Shown piece by piece: positions 10,487 through 19,267 of a stretch of 49,516 bases of DNA. Positions within the stretch are counted from its first letter, which is position 1, and every line of letters begins with the position of its first letter. The notes beneath the pieces are model-generated. The model was not told where the DNA came from and did not search any database. It worked only from the letters and a program-made list of their open reading frames with translations. A program made the position numbers and the translations under genes. Source of the DNA: Myxococcota bacterium (lineage in GTDB: Bacteria; Myxococcota_A; UBA796; CAJQPC01); the NCBI GenBank assembly GCA_036229005.1, contig JAZAMN010000055.1:1-49516 (forward strand). Direction: 5' to 3'.

Positions 10487-11710
10487 ATGCTCTCTGCCCT
10501 CTCGATGTTCGTCGCCTGCAGCCTGTCCTCGCCGGAGCCCAGCCAGCCCCCTGCGCAGTCGGACAAGCACCTGATCGTGATCGTGGTGGACACGACCCGT
10601 GCGGACCTCCTCGCAGCCGCTTCCACCCCGAACATCGACGCGCTGGCGGCCAAGGGGCAGGTGGTGGAGCGGGCCTGGTCGGCGGGGACCTGGACGGTGC
10701 CGGGGGTCACCTCGCTGATGAACGGGCACGCGGTGCGGGCGCACGGGTGGGACCTGGGGAGCGCGCGGATCGGCCGCTACCCGGCGCTGCCGGAGGTGCC
10801 CATGCTGGCCGAGGTGCTGGACGCCGAGGGCTTTGCGACCGTGGGGCTGCACGCGAACCCCTACCTGTCAGAGGCGCTGGGCTTTGACCGGGGCTTTGAC
10901 ACCTGGCGGCGGGTCTCGGACAAGACCATGGCCAAGGAGCTGAGCAAGAAGCTCGCGGCCACCGACCCCCAGGCGCGGCACTTTGTGTACCTGCACTACA
11001 TCGGGCCCCACAGCCCGCTGCACCCCAGCGAGGAGGCCCAGGCGCGCCACGAGCTGGACCCCAGGTGGTTTCAGTCGGGGCGCATGGGCATGGAGATCGG
11101 GGTGGCCAAGCGCAACCAGGAGCCGGGGGCACGGGAGGCCTACCGCGCCGGGTACATCGCCGCGCTGGAGGACACGGACGCCCGCATCGGCGAGGCCCTG
11201 GAGGTGCTGGCGCCTCTGCTGGACGACGCGGTGGTGATCCTGACTTCGGACCACGGGGAGCTGCTGGGGGAGCACGGGCGGGTGGGCCACGGCTGGTACG
11301 TGCACGAGCCGCTGACCTGGGTGCCCTTCGTGGCGACGGGGGTGGATCAGGCGCTGCCCGCGCACATGAGTACGGCCGCTCTGCCGGCGATCGCTGTCCG
11401 AGAGCTTGGGATCAACGCCGAGTTTCCGGTCAAGCCCAGCTCGTTGGTCGCCTCCCAGCGGGAGGGCAAGCTGGCGCTGACGGACGGCCGCTACAAGGGC
11501 GAGTGGGACGAGAAGGGGGCGGCCTATTTCGACCTGGACAACGACCCGCTGGCGCTGCAGCCGCTGACGGTGGACCCGGGCATGGAGGCCCTGCGGGCGC
11601 GCTATCTGGAGCAGACCCCCCAGGCCGCGCCGCTGGAGCTGCAGGTGCAGCTTCCCAAAGAGACGCAGGAGCAGCTCCAGGCGCTGGGCTACCAGGAGGG
11701 CGCGCACTGA
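10487..11710 (+). CDS. Sulfatase-like (alkaline phosphatase superfamily) lipoprotein, Thr at the nucleophile position
   Basis: VVDTTRAD, WTVPG, HYIGPHSP, SDHGE, GHG, LQALGY; MFVAC lipobox. Confidence 0.85.
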   Translation: MLSALSMFVACSLSSPEPSQPPAQSDKHLIVIVVDTTRADLLAAASTPNIDALAAKGQVVERAWSAGTWTVPGVTSLMNGHAVRAHGWDLGSARIGRYPALPEVPMLAEVLDAEGFATVGLHANPYLSEALGFDRGFDTWRRVSDKTMAKELSKKLAATDPQARHFVYLHYIGPHSPLHPSEEAQARHELDPRWFQSGRMGMEIGVAKRNQEPGAREAYRAGYIAALEDTDARIGEALEVLAPLLDDAVVILTSDHGELLGEHGRVGHGWYVHEPLTWVPFVATGVDQALPAHMSTAALPAIAVRELGINAEFPVKPSSLVASQREGKLALTDGRYKGEWDEKGAAYFDLDNDPLALQPLTVDPGMEALRARYLEQTPQAAPLELQVQLPKETQEQLQALGYQEGAH

Positions 11711-11747
11711 GCGCCGCATGAATGGACCGTGACGGGCCTACCGGGGC

Positions 11748-12548
11748 ATGGACTTCGCCCTCAATCAGGTCACGCTGGCCCCGCGCCCCTTCCTCGAGTT
11801 CCTCGACATCGCCGCTGAGCTGGGCTGCGTCGGGGTGGAGCCGCGCAACGACCTGGGCCGCCCCCTCTTTGACGGGCTGAGCCCGCGCGAGGCTGGGGCC
11901 CAGGCGGCGCGGCGGGGGCTGCGCTTTCTGAGCCTCAACCAGGTCTGGCCCTTCGACCGCTGGTCCCCCGAGCGGGCCCGGGAGCTGGAGCGGCTGATCG
12001 CGCAGGCGCAGGCCGCCGGGGCCGAGGGGGTGAGCCTGATCCCCGACATCGAGAGCCCCATGCAGACCCGGAGCGAGCGGGTGGCGCACCTGACGCGGGC
12101 GCTGGAGCGCACCCTGCCGAGCCTGGAGCGGGCGGGGCTGGTCGGCTTCGTGGAGGCCTTGGGCTTCCCGCGGGCCTCGATCCGCGCGCCGGACGAGGTG
12201 GAGCAGGCCATCCGGTCCCTGGGCGCGGGCGGGCGCCTGAGGCTGGTCCACGACACCTTCCAGCACCGGGTCTCCGGGCTGGGGGGGCCCATCGCGGCGT
12301 GCACGGGGCTGGTGCAGGCCTCCTCGGTGACCTCGACGCAGGGGACACTCAGCGCAGAGCTGGACCCCCACCGGGGCCTGATCGGTGAGGACGACGCGGT
12401 GGACAACGCAGGACAGCTCCGCACCCTCTGGGAGCAGGGCTACCGCGGGCCGGTCTGCTTCGAGTGCACGGACGCGCGCGTCCAGTCCCTGCCAGACCCC
12501 GTGCGGGCCATCGGGGAGAGCATGGAGCGGCTGCGCGGCTGCGTCTGA
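11748..12548 (+). CDS. Sugar phosphate isomerase/epimerase TIM-barrel protein (IolI-like)
   Basis: FALNQ, GVEPRNDL, VEALGF, VHDTFQH, GYRGPVCFE. Confidence 0.8.
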   Translation: MDFALNQVTLAPRPFLEFLDIAAELGCVGVEPRNDLGRPLFDGLSPREAGAQAARRGLRFLSLNQVWPFDRWSPERARELERLIAQAQAAGAEGVSLIPDIESPMQTRSERVAHLTRALERTLPSLERAGLVGFVEALGFPRASIRAPDEVEQAIRSLGAGGRLRLVHDTFQHRVSGLGGPIAACTGLVQASSVTSTQGTLSAELDPHRGLIGEDDAVDNAGQLRTLWEQGYRGPVCFECTDARVQSLPDPVRAIGESMERLRGCV

Positions 12549-12579
12549 GGGCGGCTAAGGTGCCCGCCTGGAGGACTCC

Positions 12580-13410
12580 ATGCTGCTGCTGCTGTTGGCC
12601 CTGGCCTGCAAGGGCGATGCGCCCCCCGACACCGACCCCGCGGAGACCGGCGAGACCGGCGAGGTGAGCGCCCGGGCCGGCTTCTGCGCCCCCGAGCAGC
12701 GGATCGGCAGCGTCCGCGTCGAGCGCTACGGGGACGGGGCGGTCAGCAGCTTCACGGTGCAGATCCAGGACACACCCCACCCGCTGGCCGCGCCCGCCGT
12801 CCTGGAGACCGAGGCCTGCAGCTACCACGAGTACACCCCGGGCTTCTGCGACGGCGGCTGCGGCGCCCAGCAGCTCTGCAGCCCGGAGGGTGTCTGCGAG
12901 GACACGCCCCGGAACCTCAAGGGCCTGGAGCTCACCCTGTGGGCGGACGGCGTGGAGAGCACCCACCAGGCCAACGACCAGGGGCTGATCTTCGGCCAGC
13001 TCGGCGCGGAGACGCGCTTTGTGTTCAAGGTCTCCGGGGAGGGCGTGGACCTTGAGAGCTCGGAGCTGGCGTTGCCCACCGCTCTGGCCGCTGAGGTGGT
13101 CTCCGCGGGCGACTACGACGCCCCCGGCGCCTTGAGCGTGAGCTGGGAGGGCACCAGCGAGGCCACCGTCCACACGGACATCCCCATCAACCACCACGCC
13201 GCCAGCCAGACCTTCACGGGCTGCCAGGCGCCGGCCAGCGCGGGGGGCTTCCAGGTGCCCGCCGAGATGGTGGACCCCCTGGCGGTGCACACGGGCCTGG
13301 AGTTCCAGGGCCTGGAGTTCGGCAGCTACGAGGCCATCGAGACCCCGCAGGGCTGCGTGCAGGTGTCGGTGCTGACGCACGCCTACGTGGACGTGACGTT
13401 CAGCCCCTGA
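12580..13410 (+). CDS. Hypothetical lipoprotein with short Cys-rich module
   Basis: GGAGG RBS, MLLLLLALAC, DT/ETG linker, C-x9-C-x3-C-x5-C-x5-C cluster, host-like codon usage. Confidence 0.75.
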   Translation: MLLLLLALACKGDAPPDTDPAETGETGEVSARAGFCAPEQRIGSVRVERYGDGAVSSFTVQIQDTPHPLAAPAVLETEACSYHEYTPGFCDGGCGAQQLCSPEGVCEDTPRNLKGLELTLWADGVESTHQANDQGLIFGQLGAETRFVFKVSGEGVDLESSELALPTALAAEVVSAGDYDAPGALSVSWEGTSEATVHTDIPINHHAASQTFTGCQAPASAGGFQVPAEMVDPLAVHTGLEFQGLEFGSYEAIETPQGCVQVSVLTHAYVDVTFSP

Positions 13411-13416
13411 GCCCGG

Positions 13417-13944
13417 CTACTCGATGCTGTAGTTGCCGTTTGCGTCGCGCACGTACTTCTGGTCGGCCTCCAGGGCGGGGAACTCCAGGGCCTGGATGAT
13501 TGCGCCATCGGCGTCCAGGATGTGCACGGTCTCGCCGTCGCCGGAGAGCTTGAAGTTGGCGTGCAGGTCGCCCTGCTCGGGCTCGTCGTCGCACCAGATC
13601 CGCAGGGTGGCGCCGGGGGCCAGGGACTGCCCGCTGGGTACGGGCCAGGGCTCCTCGACCTCGTAGTCGTCGGTCAGGCTCCAGCCCTCCAGGGAGACCT
13701 CCGCGTCGCCGACGTTCTCCAGGACCAGTCAGTCGTCGTTGTCGCCGTTCTCGTCGGTCTCCAGGCTGTCGTTCTTGGCGACCAGCTCGGAGATGACGAT
13801 CTGGCCTTGGGCGGCGCTGCCGGTGTCTTCGCTGCCGGTGTCGTCGGCGGTGTCCTGGGCGCTGGTGTCGGCGCTGTCGGTGTCGGCGGGCTTGGCGCAG
13901 GCGGCCAGCAGGAGCAGGGCGGAGAGGGAGAGGAGGTGACGCAT
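13417..13944 (-). pseudogene. Lamin-tail-domain (LTD) lipoprotein interrupted by one in-frame TGA at 13729-13731
   Basis: LLLAAC lipobox, then IVISELVAKN...NDD*LVLENVGDAEVSLEGWSLTDD...LAPGATLRIWCD...HANFKLSGDGETVHI...TAG at 13417, all in one frame. The TGA sits at the conserved Trp of the LTD D-W-x-x-L motif. Confidence 0.85.
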
Positions 13945-13947
13945 GGT

Positions 13948-14994
13948 TCAGTCCACGATCAGGGGGTCAAGGTCGAAGACGCCTCGCATGGAGACGCCTA
14001 GCTGCAGGCCCACCACCCAGGCTGCCGTGTCTACGCCAGGGGTGGAGGAGGCCGTGTCGGTGGCGAGGAGGTATTCGGCGGTGGCCAGCACGCTCCAGGG
14101 GCTGTCCCGCGGCGCCACGCCCCCGGCGACCAGGAGCTGGCTGCTGTGTCCACCCTGGAGCTCCCGGAGCTGGCTGCCGCGCAGGACCACGACGGGGAGC
14201 TGACCGGGGGTGGCGCTGGCCCATCCGGCGAGCACCCAGGGCTCTCGGGTGGCGTCCCCGGCCACACCCCAGGCGCGGATGGCGCTGGCGCCGGCGCCGA
14301 AGCTGGGGCTGCGGTAGCTGGCGCGGGCGCCCAGGCGGTGGTCCCGGGCGGAGGCCACCCCGACGCTGCCCTGGCGGGCCAGGAGGTCGACGCGCAGGTC
14401 CTGATCGGCCAGGGGGCGGGCGCTCACGTAGAGGCTCACGGACTGGCCGGCGTTGCGCTCGCGCCAGCGGGCGCCCTCGCCGGTGGTCCCCATCAGGGTG
14501 ACCTCGACGGTGCGGGAGGGTGCGACCCAGGTGGCGCCCACGCCGGCGTCCGAGCGGTTGAGGACCGATGTGGTCTGCACCCAGGGCTTGCTCACGATCC
14601 GGTACCCGAAGCGCTGGTTCTCCATCAGGACCCAGGGGACGTCGATCAGCCCGGCGAAGGCGGTGATCCCCAGCTTGGGCAGGGCGACGCGGGCCTCGGC
14701 GATCTGGAGCTCGGGGACGTAGGCCTCGCCGTTGATGCCCAGGTAGCCGCCGTCCGGGGCGCTGCGGGCCTCGGTGAAGGCGACGCGGGCGCTGGCGGCG
14801 CCCGAGGACAGGCCGCCCTCGATGCGCATCCGGTTGAACTGGAGCTGGGTGGGCAGCGCCGCGTCGGGGCCCTGGACGATGCCGCGGCCGGAGATCTGGG
14901 CCTGGGCGAAGGCGCAGTGGCCCTGGGCCTCGGAGCCCAGCTCGTAGGTGACGGGGTTGCTGGCCAGGAAGGCGGCGCAGAGGACGGGGTTCAT
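13948..14994 (-). CDS. Outer-membrane beta-barrel / porin-like protein
   Basis: Alternating amphipathic strands, FNRMRIEG, RSDAGVG, GTTGEG; ATGA overlap with the upstream DUF2252 gene. Confidence 0.65.
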   Translation of the reverse strand: MNPVLCAAFLASNPVTYELGSEAQGHCAFAQAQISGRGIVQGPDAALPTQLQFNRMRIEGGLSSGAASARVAFTEARSAPDGGYLGINGEAYVPELQIAEARVALPKLGITAFAGLIDVPWVLMENQRFGYRIVSKPWVQTTSVLNRSDAGVGATWVAPSRTVEVTLMGTTGEGARWRERNAGQSVSLYVSARPLADQDLRVDLLARQGSVGVASARDHRLGARASYRSPSFGAGASAIRAWGVAGDATREPWVLAGWASATPGQLPVVVLRGSQLRELQGGHSSQLLVAGGVAPRDSPWSVLATAEYLLATDTASSTPGVDTAAWVVGLQLGVSMRGVFDLDPLIVD

Positions 14995-16307
14995 GGGATG
15001 CGCTCCGCGCCCAGCAGGGCGCTGTCGTCGACCAGGAGCAGGAAGGCCTGGTGGTCGGCCTCCAGGGTCTGCAGGTCGGAGGCGGCGATGGCGGCCAGCT
15101 CAGCGGGGTCGGGGGCCTGCCAGCTCACGGGGTCCCCGGTGGAGGTCCCGCCGCGCAGGTGGGCGGCGCCCAAGGCGTGCCCCAGGGTGAAGCCCAGGTC
15201 GATGAGATCCTGGGGTTGCAGCTCGCCTTCTGCCCAGGCCTCGGCCACCTTCTCGTGGTCGAAGGTCTGGAAATAGGAGCCCGCAGAGGTGAGCTTGAAC
15301 GCCAGGTTTCCCTGGAGGGTCGCGTCGGCGTAGCGCTCGGTCTGGGACCAGAGGGCCTGCCCCGCCGTCACCCGCTCGGCGTTGTCCTGGAAGAGGGGGG
15401 AGGGAGGTCCCGCGGCGGCCAGCAGGGGGGGATCCCACACCTCCCGGACCTGGAGCAGCAGGTCGTCATCGGGTCCGGGCTGGCCGGTGTCGGCGAGGAG
15501 CTGGAAGCGCGCGGCGGGCAGGCTGGCGATGCCCGAGCCCCAGCGGCGACAGACCGCGAGCAGGCGGGTGTCGGCGGGGAGCAGCGCGTCGGCGACGGCC
15601 TGGACGCGGGCCAGCTCGGCGTCGGTGGCGGGGAGCATGCCGCGGCCCAGCTCGTCCAGGTCCTCGTCCAGGCGGAAGCGGCGCTCGGTCTCGTCCAGAT
15701 GCACCGGCGCGCGGTCGTCCAGGCGCTTGCGCTCCAGGCCCTCTTCGGCCGCCTCTTCGAGCAGATCCAGGGTGATGGGGCCGTAGGCGGGGGCCTCTGC
15801 GGCGAGCCCGGCGGCGTAGCCCTCGGCCATGGCCTTCACGGCGTCCTGGGTGCAGTCGCAGCCCTCCAGGGGGTCCAGCATCGCGGCCAGACCCAGGGCA
15901 CCCCGGCGCAGGTCCAGGGTCCAGGGGCCCCAGCCCACCGCGTCGAGGTCCACCCACTCCAGCGACAGGGTGACCTCGTCTGCGGACGCCGGCATCTCAC
16001 CGATCAGGAGGGTCCCCAGGTTCTCGGGGTGGGGATCGCCGACCACGAGCACCTGGGTTGCCTCCTGCTCCAGGACCCCGGCGGTCTGCTGGGCCCCGCC
16101 TGCGCGGGAGACGTCTGCGTAGAACCACCCGGCCGTGCCCCGCATGAAATCGTAGCGGTCCAGGGCCATGCGGTTGTACTTTTGGGCCAGGGCCTGGGGC
16201 TCGCGGGCCTCGTAGATGCGGTTCTCGCGGATCAGCTGGGCCTGCAGCAGCGCGCTGCGGGCATCGCTGGAGCTGGGGGCCGCGCAGGCGAGCAGGAGGG
16301 GGAGCAC
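14991..16307 (-). CDS. DUF2252-family (kinase-like fold) protein with lipoprotein signal
   Basis: KYNRM...DFMRGT..WFY, GDPHPENLG, VDLD, LDLRR, GSGIASL...R, HLRG; N-terminus VLPLLLAC. Confidence 0.8.
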   Translation of the reverse strand: MLPLLLACAAPSSSDARSALLQAQLIRENRIYEAREPQALAQKYNRMALDRYDFMRGTAGWFYADVSRAGGAQQTAGVLEQEATQVLVVGDPHPENLGTLLIGEMPASADEVTLSLEWVDLDAVGWGPWTLDLRRGALGLAAMLDPLEGCDCTQDAVKAMAEGYAAGLAAEAPAYGPITLDLLEEAAEEGLERKRLDDRAPVHLDETERRFRLDEDLDELGRGMLPATDAELARVQAVADALLPADTRLLAVCRRWGSGIASLPAARFQLLADTGQPGPDDDLLLQVREVWDPPLLAAAGPPSPLFQDNAERVTAGQALWSQTERYADATLQGNLAFKLTSAGSYFQTFDHEKVAEAWAEGELQPQDLIDLGFTLGHALGAAHLRGGTSTGDPVSWQAPDPAELAAIAASDLQTLEADHQAFLLLVDDSALLGAERIP

Positions 16308-16410
16308 GGCGGGGGTCTATTGGGGGGCGAGGTGGCCTGTATGGCGCGTCCGTGACGGCCTCGCGGCGAGTGGGATCCCGCCGGTTCAGGGGCCCGCTCA
16401 GGATGCCCAT

Positions 16411-17655
16411 TCAGGGGGCGATCACGGTCAGCTCCAGGCCGTACATGGGGGCGATGGTGTCCAGGATGCGCTGGGCGTCCGCCGAGCCTTCGGGGGCCCG
16501 GATGTCGCGCCAGACCACGTTGCTGTTGAGCCAGGCCTTGTTGGAGAAGTGCCACTGGGCGAAGCCGGCGACCTCGTCCAGCAGGCGCTGATCGGCGCCG
16601 CCGTCGGGGAGGCTGTCCAGGTGGGCCCAGTGCGCGCCCAGCTCCAGCTTGTTCCAGCGGTAGGAGGCCAGGGCGGTGGTGCCCCAGGCGTCGCCATCGG
16701 GGTTGTAGGCCAGGGGGTTGCCGGCGAAGGGGGGCGAGAAGCCGGTGGTGAGCATGCCGGCTGCGTAGATGAACTCGCCGCGCAGGCGCAGGCCCGAGTG
16801 GATGAGCTGGGCGCCGCCGCCGGCGCGGGTGCGCTGGGCCTGGGTGCCGTCCCAGACGGGGCGCGTGCCGGTGACGCCCCAAGCCCAGACTGCGGCCTCC
16901 TGGCGGGTGGGGCTGCGGGCGGGGCCGTCGTCGAGCTGCCAGGCGAGCTGGACGCGGGCGCTGACATCCTTGCCGGGGTTGTTGTCGCCAAAGCGGGTGG
17001 TGCCGTTGCTGCCCTGGACCAGCCAGGTGAGCTCCAGAGGCCCGGGATTGTGGATGCCGAAGACCTGCACGCCCACGTCGCGGAAGCCGTTGGCCCGCCC
17101 GGTCCAGGTGGCGGCGTCCGAGGAGGTCTCGCGCTCCAGCAGCAGCCTGCGGGTCACCACGCTGAACTGGAGCAGGTCGGCGGACATGTGGACGGCCTCC
17201 AGGACCGCGTCCGAGGTCGGGGTCTTGAACTGCCCCACCCGCACGTGCACGCTGCCCGGCGAGCGCCAGGTGATGCTGGCGTCCATCAGGGCGGGGCGCC
17301 ACTGGCCGCCTGCGGTGGTCACGCCGTTCTGGCCCAGCTCCACGGCGGCGAAGGTGTTGAAGGCGGTCCCGGGGATCTGCCCGCGCACGCCCACGCGCAC
17401 CCGGCGCAGGTTCAGGGCGCTGGGCTGGCCCTGGTTGCCCACGGTGTTGAAGACCGCGAGCTCGCCATTGTAGGGCTGCAGCTTGTCGGCCTCCAGGCCG
17501 GTCACGGGCTGCGCGTAGACGCCCTCACCGAGCACCTGCACAAAGCCCCAGGCCCGCAGGCCGGCCTTGTCCGGGTCGCTGGGCTCCAGGTTCTGCAGGG
17601 CCACCCAGTTGGCGGCCTGGGCGCTGCTGGAGAGTGCCATCAGCAGGGCGATCAC
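16411..17655 (-). CDS. Outer-membrane porin, phosphate-selective porin O/P-like
   Basis: Signal peptide ending AQA; LRRVRVGVRG, DASIT, RVGQFKTP, RDVGVQVFG, DNNPGKD; GTGA overlap with tsdA. Confidence 0.8.
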   Translation of the reverse strand: MIALLMALSSSAQAANWVALQNLEPSDPDKAGLRAWGFVQVLGEGVYAQPVTGLEADKLQPYNGELAVFNTVGNQGQPSALNLRRVRVGVRGQIPGTAFNTFAAVELGQNGVTTAGGQWRPALMDASITWRSPGSVHVRVGQFKTPTSDAVLEAVHMSADLLQFSVVTRRLLLERETSSDAATWTGRANGFRDVGVQVFGIHNPGPLELTWLVQGSNGTTRFGDNNPGKDVSARVQLAWQLDDGPARSPTRQEAAVWAWGVTGTRPVWDGTQAQRTRAGGGAQLIHSGLRLRGEFIYAAGMLTTGFSPPFAGNPLAYNPDGDAWGTTALASYRWNKLELGAHWAHLDSLPDGGADQRLLDEVAGFAQWHFSNKAWLNSNVVWRDIRAPEGSADAQRILDTIAPMYGLELTVIAP

Positions 17656-18572
17656 CGGGCCCCCAGGCGCTGGCCGTCCACGCTCTCGCCGTAGTGGCAG
17701 TCGTGGTTGTGGAACTCGGCGTCGGTGGCCTGGATGCCCTTGGCGTCGCGGGGGTCGCCGGGCCGCGGCTTGGCGTTGATGTAAGAGGCCACGTCCCAGG
17801 CCTCCTGCTCGCTGAGGGTCTTGGGCTGGCCCAGGGGCATGTTGGCCCAGATGAAGCCCGCGGCGGTGTTCACGCGGTGCATGCCCGCGCCCCAGTTGTA
17901 GGAGTCGGGGCCCCAGAGCGGCGGCAGGATGACCTCGCCGTCGGGACCGGTCTTGCCCTGTCCGTCCGCCCCGTGGCAGGTCGCGCAGCGGGCGGTGTAG
18001 ACCTCAGCTCCGTGGGCCACGCTCACCTCCTCTGGCCTGTCGAGCTTGGGGAAGCCCTGGCCCTTCATGTGGGCCTCTCCGGTGGGGGCGCCGGTGGCCA
18101 GCCAGTAGGCGTAGGCCTCCAGATCGACGATGACCTGGCTGCCGGGCTCGGGGGCGCTGCCGTGCTCGGAGGCCTGGCCGTTCATGGAGTAGGTGAAGCA
18201 GCCGCGCAGGCGCTCGTCGAAGTCGTTGACGTGCTTGTTCTTGCCTCGGTACGCGGGGTAGCGCACCCAGGCGGCCCACATGGGAGCGGCGTCGGCGCGG
18301 CGGCCGTCGTCGATGTGGCAGTTGGCGCAGGTCAGGCTGTTGCCGGAGTACTCCGGGGCGTTGTCCTGGACGTTGTGGAAGATGGCCTCGCCGCGGCGCA
18401 CGGCCTCACCGAACTCGCCGTCGGGGTAGGCGTCCCGGGCGGGGGGGACGTGGGTGTCGGCGGTGTCCGGCTGGGCGGTCTGGGCGGGGGCTTCGGGCTG
18501 CTCGGTTGCGGTGGATTCGGGTGCGGCGGGGGGCTGGGGGGCCTGGGCGCAGGCCAGCAGCAGGGCGATCAC
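17652..18572 (-). CDS. tsdA: Thiosulfate dehydrogenase / tetrathionate reductase, diheme cytochrome c, lipoprotein form
   Basis: CANCH and CATCH; TsdA signature RLRGCFTYSMNG, PPLWG, SYNWGAGM, FIWANMPLG; GTGA overlap with tsdB. Confidence 0.9.
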   Translation of the reverse strand: MIALLLACAQAPQPPAAPESTATEQPEAPAQTAQPDTADTHVPPARDAYPDGEFGEAVRRGEAIFHNVQDNAPEYSGNSLTCANCHIDDGRRADAAPMWAAWVRYPAYRGKNKHVNDFDERLRGCFTYSMNGQASEHGSAPEPGSQVIVDLEAYAYWLATGAPTGEAHMKGQGFPKLDRPEEVSVAHGAEVYTARCATCHGADGQGKTGPDGEVILPPLWGPDSYNWGAGMHRVNTAAGFIWANMPLGQPKTLSEQEAWDVASYINAKPRPGDPRDAKGIQATDAEFHNHDCHYGESVDGQRLGAR

Positions 18573-19192
18573 TGGGCACCTCCGTCAAAGGCGGCGATGG
18601 TCGCGGAGAGGGCTGAGATCTCGTCGGCCGTCAACCGCTCCCCAACGCCTGACATCAGAGCCCCCGGGTCGCTGCGCGTCCCCGACTGGAAGGCACCGAG
18701 CTGTGCGGCGAGGTACTCCGGGGTCTGACCGGCCAGGGCCGGCACGTTGTCTCCGGCGCCCTGCAGCTTCTCGCCGTGGCAGGCGCTGCAGGCCGGCAGG
18801 TCCCGTCCGGTCCAGTCGCCGCGCTCGATCAGCGGGGTGGCCAGGGTGAGCTGGGCTTGGGTGGGGGTGCCGCGGGGGGCGGGGCGGGCCTGGGAGGCGT
18901 ACCAGGCGGCCACCTGGGCGGCCTCTTCATCCGTGAGCTTGGCGATGCTGGGGGCCATCACCGGGGCTGCGCGCTCGCCGTCCCGGATGGCCAGGATCTG
19001 GGCCTCCAGGTAGTCGGCGTTCATGCCAGAGATCGCGGGAAAGGTGGCGTTCCCATTGCCTTCAGGGCCGTGACAGCTTCCGCAGGGGGCGACGCCCGCG
19101 GGGGTGCCCTGGGTGGCGATGGACGCGCCGGGACCGGCGGCCTGGGCGCTCAGCAGGCCGAGCAGGGCCGCGAGCAGGGAGAAAGGGAACAT
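18569..19192 (-). CDS. tsdB: Diheme c4-type cytochrome, electron partner of TsdA
   Basis: CGSCH and CSACH, two c4-like halves each with a distal Met; directly upstream of tsdA. Confidence 0.85.
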   Translation of the reverse strand: MFPFSLLAALLGLLSAQAAGPGASIATQGTPAGVAPCGSCHGPEGNGNATFPAISGMNADYLEAQILAIRDGERAAPVMAPSIAKLTDEEAAQVAAWYASQARPAPRGTPTQAQLTLATPLIERGDWTGRDLPACSACHGEKLQGAGDNVPALAGQTPEYLAAQLGAFQSGTRSDPGALMSGVGERLTADEISALSATIAAFDGGAQ

Positions 19193-19267
19193 GGGTCAAC
19201 TCCGATGCTCCCTGGGGATCGCAAGACCTGGGCCAGGAATCCGGCCGGGATCGACCGTGATTCTGGG

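Noticed and set aside
13690..13731. Selenocysteine or genetic-code reassignment at the LTD TGA
   Set aside because: The position aligns to Trp, not Cys; the downstream hairpin is weak and not SECIS-like; TGA terminates many genes in this window.
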